A stretch of DNA of 63,745 nt, the filler included, from Gonapodya sp. JEL0774 (taxonomy: Eukaryota): NCBI GenBank assembly GCA_027604505.1. It is 15 parts of 15 records of this genome, joined end to end, with 100 filler letters (N's around TTAATTAATTAA, not from the genome) between each part and the next. Parts side by side here need not be neighbours in the genome. Positions count along the whole stretch, not along the records: positions 12,830 to 17,000 come from JADIIX010001027.1; positions 17,101 to 21,268 come from JADIIX010001028.1; positions 21,369 to 25,535 come from JADIIX010001029.1; 12 more parts are not named here. One strand, written 5' to 3'. Of the stretch, positions 12,830 to 24,119 are shown piece by piece. Under the pieces are notes generated by a model. It did not search any database, was not told where the DNA came from, and saw only the letters and a program-made list of their open reading frames with translations. A program made the position numbers and the translations under genes. Numbering within the stretch: the first letter of the stretch is position 1; each line of letters opens with the position of its first letter.

Positions 12830-14922
12830 GGCAGTGTACTGTGGGATAGCAGCGTACTGAGTGTCATTCGAATGTCACATCAACAAAATAAAGACGTCAC
12901 CTCTCCCAAAACAGCCATTGGAAGTCCGCGATAAGGAACGCTCTGCTCACGCAACATATTGAGCGGTCTTGCAAGATAATCAAAGAATGGCTGCAAGGGA
13001 GGGATCAACGTAGGTATTGTTTGTGGCGACAATCAGCAACTGTTGCGGTAATTCGGTACACTAACGTGAGGAGTCATAGGTTCCTCGTCGTTTTGTTCGA
13101 TCGTCGAAATCTCAGTCATAATCTTTGTTCCTTTGGATGCTGTAGTGCTCCCTAACTCAGAGACACTTGGTCCGGATTGCTTGGAGGTGATCTGAGTCGA
13201 CCCAGTCGATGAACTTCCGATTGTTGAGATGGAAGACGGAACAGGAGATCCCCTGGTTGCGTGCGTGATCGGTCGGGACTCGTTCTGAGAATTGGATCCT
13301 CGAAGCGAAAACACGTCAAGTGTCTCGGACGTTGACAGGAGAGGGTTCTGACCGCGCACTTGGAAAGGTGCAGAAGGTGATGACAATGTGCCAACGTTGA
13401 TGCTACGAGAGAGCATGATCGAAGGTGAAACATCGGAATCAAGACTCTCCGAATGAGCGAGCCGGTGCGTGGTTGATGAGGAGGTGTCTTTCGCGACACC
13501 AGACGAGGGATCACCGGTACCCTGTGAGACGACCGAGATAGGTGACTGTGAGTTTTCCGCTTCCGCAGGGTGCTTATGATCGTCGGAGCTATGATTGTGG
13601 TCCGCATTCATCATGAACGCATTTGCGAGTAACGGTTTTGTAACTTTAGATTGCCGACTTAGGTTCGTGAAGTGTTCGTGAATGGAAGGTAGCATCAATA
13701 AATTATGATAGATTTGTGTGCGTTTTCGTCATATTTGAGATGAGGACTTCACTATACGCACCTGTTTGCCGGAGGTCTGCGACTTCTCCACACCAAGAAC
13801 CCGATAACCGCGAATAAGATCAGTCCTCCCGCAGCTGATCCTACTATCACACCAATGTTTACTCCGCCACTCGAAGAATCGGTACTGCTACCTCCAGTGG
13901 AGGAAGAACTGCCACCTCCACTTTTGGAGCCTACAGGGTTTACACTGGATGGGCGAGGTGGAGCTCCGGAGCCTGCCCCATTGTCACCAGCGCCAGCGCC
14001 AGAGCCTACGACATTGGGCGGAGGGGCGACTCCCGAGGTGCCAGAGTTGGCCCCAGCCGGTGGCGGCGGCGGCACTGCGGGAAGAGATGCAATTTTATTG
14101 TTGCGGTTTCAAATTCTCTATTGGATGAATTGATTTGACCAAAGCACATACCAGAAACTCCGCTCGGCGTGCAGCACATTGTAGTCGATCCTGAGCATAG
14201 GTTCTGTGTCGATGTGCAGCGACAAAATCCTGACACGCATGATAAACTGCCAAGACAAAGGGCCGTATCACTACACGCTCCTCCAAACACAACAGAGGGA
14301 CCAATACTCGGAGGAGCAGGAGGAACAAAAGTAGCAGAAGAAGGTGGTGGAGGGGTATCCCCAGGAGCGGATGGCGGGATTGCTGGAGGCGCAGATGCTG
14401 GTGGTGGCGGTGGAGTGGCTGGAGGGGACAGTGCTGGCGGTGGAGGGGTGGGTGGTGGGGGAGCTGCGGGTGGAAGTGGAGGGACAGCCGGAGGAGGAGC
14501 GACGGGCGGAGCGGGGGTCGGCGGGGGAGGTGGTGGAGGTGGGGGCGGTAGTGGAGGTGGTGGAGGTGGAGGAATGGGCGGTGGTGGAGGAGGCGCAACC
14601 GGTGGTGGCGGGGTCGGGCATTGACCGACTTCGCACGTGCAAGTTGCATTGCAGAACACTTCGCCATCGGCACAAGCTATCTTTCGGCACGGTGCTCGCT
14701 CGAGCACTTTTGGGTGAGCACTTCTTACCACCAAACGACGATATGCGTCCAGATCGGCATGTGCTTCGGGGTTTAGTTGCATGGATTTGGTGTATGATGG
14801 GACTGAAACTGCATGACTGTTTCAGTTCGCCGACACCCTATCAACTGAGGATGCACACCGAAGAACTCACGAAGGATCATAGCTCCTCCCACCACTGCAA
14901 GCAACCGGGAGAAATTCCGCAT
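12830..14922 (-). CDS. Single-pass membrane protein: signal peptide, Cys-rich modules, polyproline stalk, TM, Ser-rich tail, pre-SH3 motif (3' truncated)
   Basis: Signal-like start MRNFSRLLAVVGGAMIL. Poly-P and Cys clusters at 14006-14782. TM IGVIVGSAAGGLILFAVIGFLVW followed by RSRR. Tail exon PFFDYLARPLNMLREQSVPYRGLPMAVLGE. Confidence 0.75.
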
Positions 14923-15139
14923 CGCACCCACTTCCCTATTCTGATGTTTCACAGATATTGATGCTGCTGGATGGTATCCGGCAGCTGTCGGCCGATATCA
15001 TGTATATATGTATTCCTCGTGAATACCCGTCCAAACTGGTCCTCCAGTCTGGACGACGTCAATTCCTCTGACGCCTTCCGTCAGACGATTCAAAAATCTC
15101 CGATCGGATCAGGATTGTGATACCGGCGGATTTCCGTGT

Positions 15140-17000
15140 GTGGAAATGCTGATCTCCTGTTATGCATGGTTGGCGGTGCTTCTTCCTTTGTGCTGCCTCC
15201 ACTGCATCCTATTTTTCATGGATTGCTGGGTGCCCTCTCTTCCAAAGACTTCCAGGAAAGGCAAAAATTGCCTGCGAGCCAGTATGTGGTGCCAGACTTC
15301 CCACGACCAGCAAACCGTCTGTCTTGCAAGAGAAAGTAAACTGTGAAACATGCGCTGGAGGTTGCTGCGGACGGAAGCACCAACGTCACAAGCCAGGTAA
15401 CTTATACATGTCTAATTTTTCGGTCTAAGTACCAGTACGTACATCATGTATTGTCTCTGGCGCACAAGCAGTGCCCGCCTGTTGGTGGTCGAATGTGTCC
15501 GCTCAACTCTCGGTCGGGGATCTAACACTCGACGAGTTAGGACCCGTGGTTGTTCTGCAAGATGAAACCCCATTGCCCGGTGGCGTCCAATTGGAAAAGC
15601 TCTGCAGTTCCACTACTTCAGAGGGAATCAAGGGCATAGCCGTGGACTTGAACTGCGACAACGAGTATCCCGACGGTGGAGGCATCCTCTTACTCCCAGA
15701 GCTGGGACCCCGCACATCTCCGAGTGTGTGGTTGGAGCTTCCACTCGATGAGTTCGCCGAGTGTGTCGATCCAGTCCACTGCGATGACATGGTGCGCATA
15801 GCATTGACGCTTGTTGACCTTGGGATTTGCATGCTCTCTGTACGAGATTCGAAGCGATTGCCATGAACAGAAGCTCCCCTGAGGATGTAATTGAGAGGGC
15901 CGAGATCAAGGCAATCGCTGGGGATCACGTGAGGGAGACACGAGCAAAAAGGAAATTTACTTCAGGGGGGTATTTCCGCAAGATATTGCTATCACCACTT
16001 ACACAGGGCTATCCGCAAAAGGAGCAGCGCGATCGAACCGACGTGTTTCTGTCAGTGTCAACTTGCGTTTGCAATCGCAGAGGATGTCACATGACACTTA
16101 CAACGCTCCAAGAACCCCGGTGGTTACCTGAGAAAAGACGACCGCCGCCTGTATGTTAGAGTTACTGTTGCAGTAAGAAAACAAGAAAGCAACTCACGTT
16201 CGTCCCCAAGGCCCACCCATCACGAAACACTTGATGAACAATCATCATGTCTCCTGGTGCGAGTTGAACTTCGTCTTCACGCAGAGCGAGGTACTGGGTA
16301 TTCAATGTGAGCAACGTACCGTCATGTGAGATGCTCTTGAATGCTTTCATTTACTCACTTCCCCAAGAACAGCCATGGGCAGTCCCCGATATGGTACGCT
16401 CTTTTCGTGTAGCAGATTCAGCGGTCGAGCAAGGTAATCAAAGAATGGCTGCGTCCAGGAGTGATAAAAGTAGTTTTCTAGCCGAAGATTTCTGTAATTG
16501 AACATAGTCTTGTTGCTTACATGAGGGGCTACGAGCTCTTCGACATTCTCTTCCGTTGCAACCAATACGTCCATTCCCGGATTCGGTGGTGAAACCACCT
16601 CGTCCTCGGCGCTTGCCCCAACAACGATCCTGCTGCTCCTCGTTGATTTGTTCGACGAGTTGGCGAGCGTTGACACCGATGAAGGAACGGACGAGCCTAT
16701 TGTCGCGTGCGTGAAGTGTGATTCGCCCCTGGTTGTCGATGGTGGAGAACAGTAGCCGTCGAGTGTCCCTGACTTCATTGATACCGAGCTGTCGCTATGT
16801 GCTTTGGGAGGTGCTGAAGGTACTGATAAGGTGCCCACGTTGAGACTTCGCGATTGGAGATTTGAAGAAGGAACATTATCGAAAGAACTTGATTGGGATT
16901 GAAGGGAAGTCGACGGGTTTTTTGATCGGACACTCGCAGTAATGAATGCTTGTGAATTGACTGTGAGCCCAGATTGGGACGAAGAGTCTTCGAGAGGAGG
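15140..17000 (-). CDS. Paralogous Ser-rich SH3-domain protein, 3' part (3' end approximate)
   Basis: PFFDYLARPLNLLHEKSVPYRGLPMAVLGE|YLALREDEVQLAPGDMMIVHQVFRDGWALGTN|VTTGVLGAF..PSDCL is an SH3 signature. Confidence 0.7.
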
Positions 17001-17100
17001 NNNNNNNNNNNNNNNNNNNNNNNNNNNNNNNNNNNNNNNNNNNNTTAATTAATTAANNNNNNNNNNNNNNNNNNNNNNNNNNNNNNNNNNNNNNNNNNNN

Positions 17101-17936
17101 GGTTTTTGGTTTCTGAAAGGGTTGACAGTCGGGACAACAGCAAGGAGGTAAGTGAACTGGACGAGTGAGAACATGGGGACTTGGGGGCACAAGTGCAGCC
17201 AACAGTACCGAGAACAGAGCTAGCGCAGCGGTGGAACCGTGATGTGTCTGTCAAAGAGATTCGGAGCTTCCATCCTTGAAGACCTCAGACCTTTCGCGGG
17301 CCCATTCTTCCTCGTGAATGGATAGACTCCGCGATTGGAGTGTCACTACATACGCAGCGACTTGTTTCACGCTCCATTTGAAGCCATTTCTGCGGATCTG
17401 GACAATTTCCATTCCACCCTTTTCTCGTCCAACCACACTTCGAGTGTAGAGCGCCAGCCTTCATTCGTGAGGAAAACTCACGTTTATGGTAGTAGATGTT
17501 TCGGTATCTGTCGACGAAGAGTGTCCAAGGAATGGAAGAGAGACAGAGGTCCATCATGTAAGTTCACAGTCACCCTTTTAGCTGCCCGGGAACGCCGCAT
17601 TGACATCACCCCCTATTTCCTCAGTCCAGCAACGCACACTCTCATTGGAGACACGCATACGTAGAACATTTGGGCGAGCGCGAACTCAAAGTCCATCTGG
17701 TGCACATTGAAAATCCGTCGCACGTAATCTACGATCCCGGTCCCGGCTCGTCTTCGTCTCCCCCGTCCATTCACAGGCGATGGCATGAGGCCATTGAAGA
17801 CGTCTGGCGGAGACCCGGATGTCGTGGAATAAGAGTTTGGGTAGCGCGATTGATAAGGTGTCGCGGAGATGTGGGGCGCCAAATTGGAGGTATTGATTGG
17901 AAAAGCTGCCGCCATGTTGTTGTAGCGCGAGGTCAT
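17101..17936 (-). CDS. GMH1: UNC-50/GMH1 family Golgi membrane protein, 5' part
   Basis: YVRRIFNVHQMDFEFALAQMFYVCVSPMR|YRNIYYHK|QTKN is the UNC-50 N-terminal motif. Confidence 0.9.
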
Positions 17937-18078
17937 GCGGACATTGGGGGTGGTATAAAGGAAGGAAGGGGTGAGGGCGGGGTGAAGCACAGTGTGGTTG
18001 TCATGTGGTGACACCTGAAGAGACCAGACGATGAAATTTTGATACAACCGTTCGGTCATCAGAGCGAATTTCCTCGAA

Positions 18079-18600
18079 ATGGCAGCGATCGTCAAGACTG
18101 TACTAGCGCGGAATCCTACATCGTTACTGCCCATACCGGCCATTTTCGTTCATTCTGCTCCATTTTCCCAACCTCCACAATCTCGCGAAAAGCACCATTA
18201 CTCCCGCGACATTCCCCACGACACTCCTCGAGCCATCCTTGCAGACGGCTCTCTCTTCATCCACCGCCGGCAACCCCCAAAACCTATCTCAGACCCTTCG
18301 CAACTCCCCCCAGCTCTCCCTCTTCGGTGGCCCAAATTCGACCCCACGGTCGTTCTGTCTCGCGAGCAAGTCACGGAAATGCGCCATTTGCGTAACTCAG
18401 ACCCTGACACGTGGACGGTCGGAGCGCTTTCGAAGCGATTCGGTATCCCCCCGCCCAAAGTTCTCGCTCTTGCACCCTTACCAAGGGGTTCAGAGAGGAG
18501 GACAAAGGTCGAGGCGGAGGCGGATAGGGTGTTTTTGAACTCGACATTTAGTAGGCAGGTGGCCATACTGGATAGGATACGAAAGAGGGCCCGATGGTGA
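18079..18600 (+). CDS. MRPL20: Mitochondrial ribosomal protein mL58 (MRP-L20 family)
   Basis: Presequence-like N-terminus, LADGSLFIHR and LSREQVTEMRHLRNSDPDTWTVGALSKRFG. Confidence 0.8.
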   Translation: MAAIVKTVLARNPTSLLPIPAIFVHSAPFSQPPQSREKHHYSRDIPHDTPRAILADGSLFIHRRQPPKPISDPSQLPPALPLRWPKFDPTVVLSREQVTEMRHLRNSDPDTWTVGALSKRFGIPPPKVLALAPLPRGSERRTKVEAEADRVFLNSTFSRQVAILDRIRKRARW

Positions 18601-19486
18601 AGAATGTAAAGATGTGGACTGTCTTCGGTTCTCGAAGATGCTCATTGGAGGAATGAGGAACCTCCAAAGAACGTTCACTAATAGTTGCATTTGTCATTTT
18701 TCTAGAAGTGGCAGATTAGTGACCTCCATTGCCGTGTCACCACCTGTAATTAGTAATCCTCCCTGACTTCGGTTACGTCGTCATTTGAGTAGTGCCACAG
18801 TTCAACCCATCTTGCCCACTCGTGAATATCTAGGATTTGCATTTTTGTCAAGCGGTGTTCTTCTCCACGTTCTTGCAACTCATGAGGGAGGACAACGTGT
18901 GCGGTACTTAGCAAACAGGGAATCCCCTGCACTCATTACAAAGTAAATACAATTTATCGTGAATGAGGCTCTAGAAACTACATCTCGGACATTGAAGATG
19001 GTAGTTTTGTCGCGGCGCTTGTGGTGACTCATGGTCGTGTTCGCGATATGGAAGTCGTGCTCCCCAAAACCACGTTGTGCCTCTCTTGGAAGATGTGTGT
19101 AAGTTTCAGTCAAACGAATGTGGATTCTGGGAATGCTTTCGCTGGGTATGGTCGAATGGAAATGGTGTGGATATCAAAGGTTGCCAATGTCAAATAATGG
19201 AGACAGGTGCCATCCATCTACTATCGACAATTGCTACGATGATAGTTGCGCCAGCCCGGTAGAGAGCAGCGTCAAAAGCGTCCGCACCATTGGTTTTGGG
19301 GCATGATAGTGTTTGGTACTTGGTTGAGGGTGCATGGTTGATGGATCAAAATGGATCCAGAAACAAGAACCTGGTGACTGATGTCGTTCGAGCTCTAAGG
19401 CAATTCAATCAATTGGCATACTTGTCTCATTCTTCAAATTAGCGTGAACTCTAAAGGTTGCAGCTCCAAATCGACTCCGTTCTGTA

Positions 19487-20216
19487 TCAGCGGCGCTGCC
19501 ACGCTGTGTTGCGAATGGCGGCTTGCCTCGCCAGATTGTCTGCAATATCGTTTCGTTCGTCCCCAGAGTGGCCATATACATGAACCTAATGCACAAAAGT
19601 CCTGTGGATTTGGAAGCACGCTCACCAACAATACGCCGGAGCGACACTCACGAAATGCACACTCTTTACCACACGACTATTTTGTATTAAGACATCAATT
19701 TGTCTGATGAGATCTCCATTTGCGACAGGGAAGCCACGGTTGTTGAGCCATCCGTTCCTTCTCCAGGTCCTGATCCACAGGGTCAAACACTTTTCACCAT
19801 GAAGTGAGCAAGATCCCTTGGGGGCACAGGAGCGATGTTTTGTGAAACTCTTACGTCGATTGCATATCGTGAGTCAGTGCGAATCACGAGCACATCCGTT
19901 GGTTCTGTCCTTTCCAGCGCTCGTTTGATCGCCTGGTGGATGGAAGGAAACGACCATTCTGCAAGGTCCATCCTTCCCTGCGTCGAGGCCGCGCTAGACA
20001 CACCGTCAGTTCCGCTCGTTGATTTGTTTGAACCCCCTGTAATGGCTCCATCAGGTTCTTGGCATCGTTGGGTCCGAAGTAGACACCGATTCCCCCTCGA
20101 GCGGTGGTTTTACCATTATCCAGACAGCAGCCATCGGCATCAACAAAGACAATTTTGACAGGGGTGCCGACATGCTCGAGAATTGTGTTGAATGCATCAG
20201 AGAGGCTCGTAGACAT
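19487..20216 (-). CDS. Ribonuclease H1, catalytic domain only (4 exons), copy 1
   Basis: DADGCCLDNG...GGIGVYFGP, QTNQRAELT|AI, IRTDSRYAI, W.RNGW....PVANGDLI and HVYGHSGDERNDIADNLAR. All four catalytic acidic residues are present. Confidence 0.9.
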
Positions 20217-20472
20217 TCTCGAAACAATTTGATATGTACATATACCAGCTGTCGGGCCAGTCCTCGGTTCGTCGAAATGCCAATTAAAACGACAACGTCA
20301 GCATTTCATTGATTTTGTCCCCCACATCATGATGGTCAAAACACCAGATTACCGCGGGCGCCTTTGCATGATACGTTGTGGATCAGTTGATATTTGTACT
20401 ATGAGTAAGGAGGCCAAAAGCGTTATGGATACGCCACTATGGGCGGACGCTGTTGAGACGTGCCGCTCCTTT

Positions 20473-21106
20473 TCATGCCAATCTGTCCGCTACATCATTT
20501 CTATAGTCTCCAGAGTGACCATTCACATGGAGCTGCAAGCGGGGGCAAGTGAGGTAGAGTTCCGGAAGACCCTGTCACATCTGAGAAAACTTACGAATTG
20601 CACCGATCCTTTGCGATTTCTAACCATGTAGATGATACTTCCGATAAGACCTGCATTGGCAATGGGAAGTCCACGAGAGCTGAGCCAGCCATTTCGTTCC
20701 CATTTTTGATAGTAAGTGGCAGACACTACATACGAGTTTCGGACATCCTGAGACCGTGACCCCAATACCACGAGTACATTTTATCGCACTTACACCAATC
20801 GCATACTTGGAATCTGTTCGAATTACAAGGTTTTGAATGTCCCACGAAGTTTTCAGCACTGTTTTGATGGCCTACAGAATTCCAATCCGTCCCGTTACAT
20901 ATCTACCTCTGTGGCTCAGTGGCCCTCAAAGATCACTGTAAATTCGGCCTGTTGGTTGGTTGGACACCAATCAGAGGCTGACTAAAGCTTATGCGACTGT
21001 TGGGTCCAAAGAAAATGCCAGCGCCCCCAAGAGCTCCTGCTTTGCCGTTTCTGAGACAGGAACCATCCACGTCGACAACGGTAGAGTTATAGTAGGGTGA
21101 ACCCAT
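20473..21106 (-). pseudogene. Ribonuclease H1 catalytic domain, copy 2 (disrupted)
   Basis: DVDGSCLRNG..GGAGIFFGP, then a 1-nt frameshift near 20960 before NQQAEFT, IRTDSKYAI, KWERNGW, and HVNGHSGDYRNDVADRLA followed by TGA where copy 1 has Arg. Same intron layout as copy 1. Confidence 0.8.
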
Positions 21107-21368
21107 TTTACACAAAAGAGCGATGATAAGCAAAATCAATGGGTCTTGTTTCACGCTCCGCACCAGCTTCGGAGTATAGCGAAACGGACACCATGATCAG
21201 TGCCGATCGGCCACAGACTTCTGATCGGCGTGCTCCAAAGAGCAGTGGATGAAGTGGCTTAACGACTCNNNNNNNNNNNNNNNNNNNNNNNNNNNNNNNN
21301 NNNNNNNNNNNNTTAATTAATTAANNNNNNNNNNNNNNNNNNNNNNNNNNNNNNNNNNNNNNNNNNNN

Positions 21369-22056
21369 GCTTTCAAAACCAACTGCTGCCGACCGCGTCG
21401 TCGAACTTGACGGGTTCGACGCCACCGCTGCAGAAGTCGCGTCATACAGGGCCCAGGGTAAAATCGTCATTGGCTACATGAGCGTGGGCACGAGGGAAAA
21501 TTGGAGATCCGACGCCGCTCAATGGCCAGCCGCTGCTTACGGAAAGTCCGTCGACGGGTGGGCAGGAGAAACTTGGGTCAAACCGGCAAACTGGAAACTG
21601 CTCCAGCCAATCATGACCGCTCGTTTCACAATGCTGAAACAGAAAGGTTTTCATGGATACGAGGGCGACAATATCGCTCTCCTCGATCAGGGAGGTGTGG
21701 ATAATCTCCGATCAGAGAACGTCGCCTACGCAATCTGGCTCGCCGACACTGCTCGATCAATGTCACTGCTCTCTGTCTTCAAGAACGCTCCCGACCTCAT
21801 CACTGATGTCGTCGGTCATTACGACGCGGTCATCGCCGAAGAAGCTTACAGGTATTCCGAAGTAAGCTCATACACTCCGTTCTTCACGGCAGGTAAGCCA
21901 GTGTGGATATTTGAGTACCCGTCAAAGTCAACTATCACAACTGCAAGCGAAAGCTCTGATATGGCTTCCCTAAAAACTAAAATAGACAAATCTCATTCTG
22001 TTTCTGAGGTCCTCTACGAAACCAGTAAAGGATGGACAATGGTCTACCCAGCATGA
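21369..22056 (+). CDS. GH114 endo-alpha-1,4-polygalactosaminidase-like glycoside hydrolase (5' truncated, intronless)
   Basis: VELDGFDATAAEV..YRAQGKIVIGYMSVGTRENWRSD, GWAGETW, M.AR....KQKGF.G.EGDN, KNAPDL, D..IAEE and F..AGKPVW.FEY. Confidence 0.88.
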
Positions 22057-22074
22057 AAAAAAAATTTATTCAAT

Positions 22075-23238
22075 TTACATAGCATCCAATGTGTATGAAT
22101 GACTGAGTGACACTCTCTGACCACGTTTATTCGGCATCCGAACAAATTCCAACAATTGCTCCCGTGTTCGCCCAACTATTGTCCAGTCAATTATGACTAC
22201 TCTCATTTTCGGGAAATGATCCAGTATATATTGAGTGGCCGTCACAAGGGCACTGTCTGCGCAACATCTTCCTGAGAAGATTAACGGTGCCACAGATGGC
22301 GATGGTCCAATCTGGAGACATTCCAAGTTTGGACAGGCCTTGGACAGATCTACCACGGTCTGTGCAAAGCCATCACGCATGAAAACTGAAAAATAACACA
22401 TTCTCCACGTTCTAATAGTCAGACAGAGTCGTGTAATCCGCCGACGCCCTTCACTCGCGGCAGAGGTGAGGCTTAAAAACGAACGGACAACATCGTCTGT
22501 CCAGACACTCTGGATAGCAATATGTACATTATTGATGCTCGTGCTCACATTTAGCGCATCAACAATCCTGTCATTCAGCTCTCTAATGGTAACGGTGTAA
22601 ATCTCGAGCGTACTGAGTTGTGACAGAGCAGACGAAGAAAAGAGTCCGCTTTCAGCTTTATCATTGAGAATCTTCATAGCCGTCACAGTCGGTGGCAGCG
22701 TGTCAATTGGCGAAAACCACTTCGACATGTCGTTTTCAAAGTGTATCTTCCGCAGAACTCCACATCCTCTGATCAAATCACCCAACCATCCCATCATATA
22801 ATGATCTGGATGCGCAACAACATGCAACTCAACACAGTACGCCTGAATGATATCTCGCACAGTATGATACATTGCCGATCCACTCTGGGGCAAGGCGTAT
22901 AAGGTTATCGTAACCTCTCTCGATATACCACCATTTGAGTACAGATACTCAAGTGCTCTCTGACTGGCTTTGTCTGTCATGCCAAGTGATATATCTTGCA
23001 CTCTACAAGGCGATCTCATCCCGCGAGTGGAAGAATCGCGAACAGCTAATATGCGAGACGCATCATTGCACCAAGGATGGAAGGAGATATTCCTCAAAGT
23101 CTCTTTGATTACCGGCGTTCTCCACAATGGTCCGATTCGTCCTAGAGATTTCATATCACCCAACCGGGCATGTCGAACAATGGCGTTCACAACTACTGGA
23201 TTGCGAAAACACATTTGCGAGGCAGATTGGCTGGTCAT
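22075..23238 (-). CDS. Intronless protein of about 390 aa with F-box-like N-terminus and LRR-like C-terminal region
   Basis: Long uninterrupted ORF. CFRNPVVVNAIVRHA...MKSLGRIGPLWR is F-box-like. LSQLSTLEI, ITRLCL and CPNLECLQI are LRR-like. Confidence 0.55.
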   Translation of the reverse strand: MTSQSASQMCFRNPVVVNAIVRHARLGDMKSLGRIGPLWRTPVIKETLRNISFHPWCNDASRILAVRDSSTRGMRSPCRVQDISLGMTDKASQRALEYLYSNGGISREVTITLYALPQSGSAMYHTVRDIIQAYCVELHVVAHPDHYMMGWLGDLIRGCGVLRKIHFENDMSKWFSPIDTLPPTVTAMKILNDKAESGLFSSSALSQLSTLEIYTVTIRELNDRIVDALNVSTSINNVHIAIQSVWTDDVVRSFLSLTSAASEGRRRITRLCLTIRTWRMCYFSVFMRDGFAQTVVDLSKACPNLECLQIGPSPSVAPLIFSGRCCADSALVTATQYILDHFPKMRVVIIDWTIVGRTREQLLEFVRMPNKRGQRVSLSHSYTLDAM

Positions 23239-23290
23239 AGAGATCTGTCCACTGCTACTTTTAATTCTGTTCAAGAAATTCAAGATGTGA

Positions 23291-24085
23291 TCTTTCAGAA
23301 TGGGGATTTCGATGATATTTGCAGATTATGAAAAACTTTTCCAAATCTCTTTCAGGAGGGGGATTGGGATGAGATTTGCAGATTCTGAAAACTTTTCCAA
23401 AACTCTTTTGGGATGGGGATTGGGATGAGATAGCAGATTCTGAAAACTTTTCGGAAAATTCTTCAGGATGAGGGATGGGGATTGGGATTGCAGAATCTGA
23501 AACTTTTCGAAACTTTTTCAGGATGGGGATAGGGATGAGATTGCAGATTCTGAAAACTTTTCCAAAACTCTTTCAAGATGGGGATTGGGATGAGATGGCA
23601 GATTCAGAAAACTTTTCCAAAATTCTCTTGGGATGGGGATTGGGATGAGATTGCAGATTCTCAAAACTTTTCCAAAACTTTTTTGGGATGGGGATGGGGA
23701 TTGGGATTGCAGATTCTGAAAACTTTTCCAAAACTGTCTTGGGATGGGGATTGGGATGAGATTGCAGATTCTCAAAACTTTTCCAAAACTCTTTCAGGAT
23801 GGAGATTGGGATGAGATTGCAGATTCTCAAAACTTTTCCAAAACTCTTTCAGAATGGGATTTGGGATGAGATTGCAGATTCTCAAAACTTTTCCAAAACT
23901 CTTTCAGGATGGGGATTGGGATGAGATTGCAGATTCTGAAAACTTTTCCAAACCTCTTTCAGGATGGGATTTGGGATGAGATTGCAGATTCTGAACACTC
24001 TTTTACAATGAGACCTCTACCGGATGGAATGAGATTGTAGATTCTGAAACTTTTTGAAAACTCTTACAAGGTGGGGATGGGATGG
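23291..24085. repeat. 55-bp tandem repeat array, about 14 copies
   Basis: Consensus GGATGGGGATTGGGATGAGATTGCAGATTCTGAAAACTTTTCCAAAACTCTTTCA. The GCAGA core recurs at about 23321, 23378, 23433, 23490, 23543, 23598, 23653, 23709, 23764, 23819, 23874, 23929 and 23984, with a variant at 24037. Confidence 0.97.
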
Positions 24086-24119
24086 GAAAACTTATAGTTG
24101 GTTTGCAGGGACATTCACA

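Noticed and set aside
14095..14961. Gly-rich, His-rich and Val/Glu-rich ORFs here and at 24814-25272
   Set aside because: They are alternative-frame and antisense shadows of polyproline-coding exons.
19487..21106. RNase H copies as retrotransposon fragments
   Set aside because: They contain spliceosomal introns, have cellular RNase H1 motifs, and have no adjacent RT or integrase.
23291..24085. CRISPR array, or coding repeat ORFs at 23518-23830
   Set aside because: Units are contiguous with no unique spacers and no cas genes nearby. The 55-bp period is not a multiple of 3, so the ORFs are by-products.
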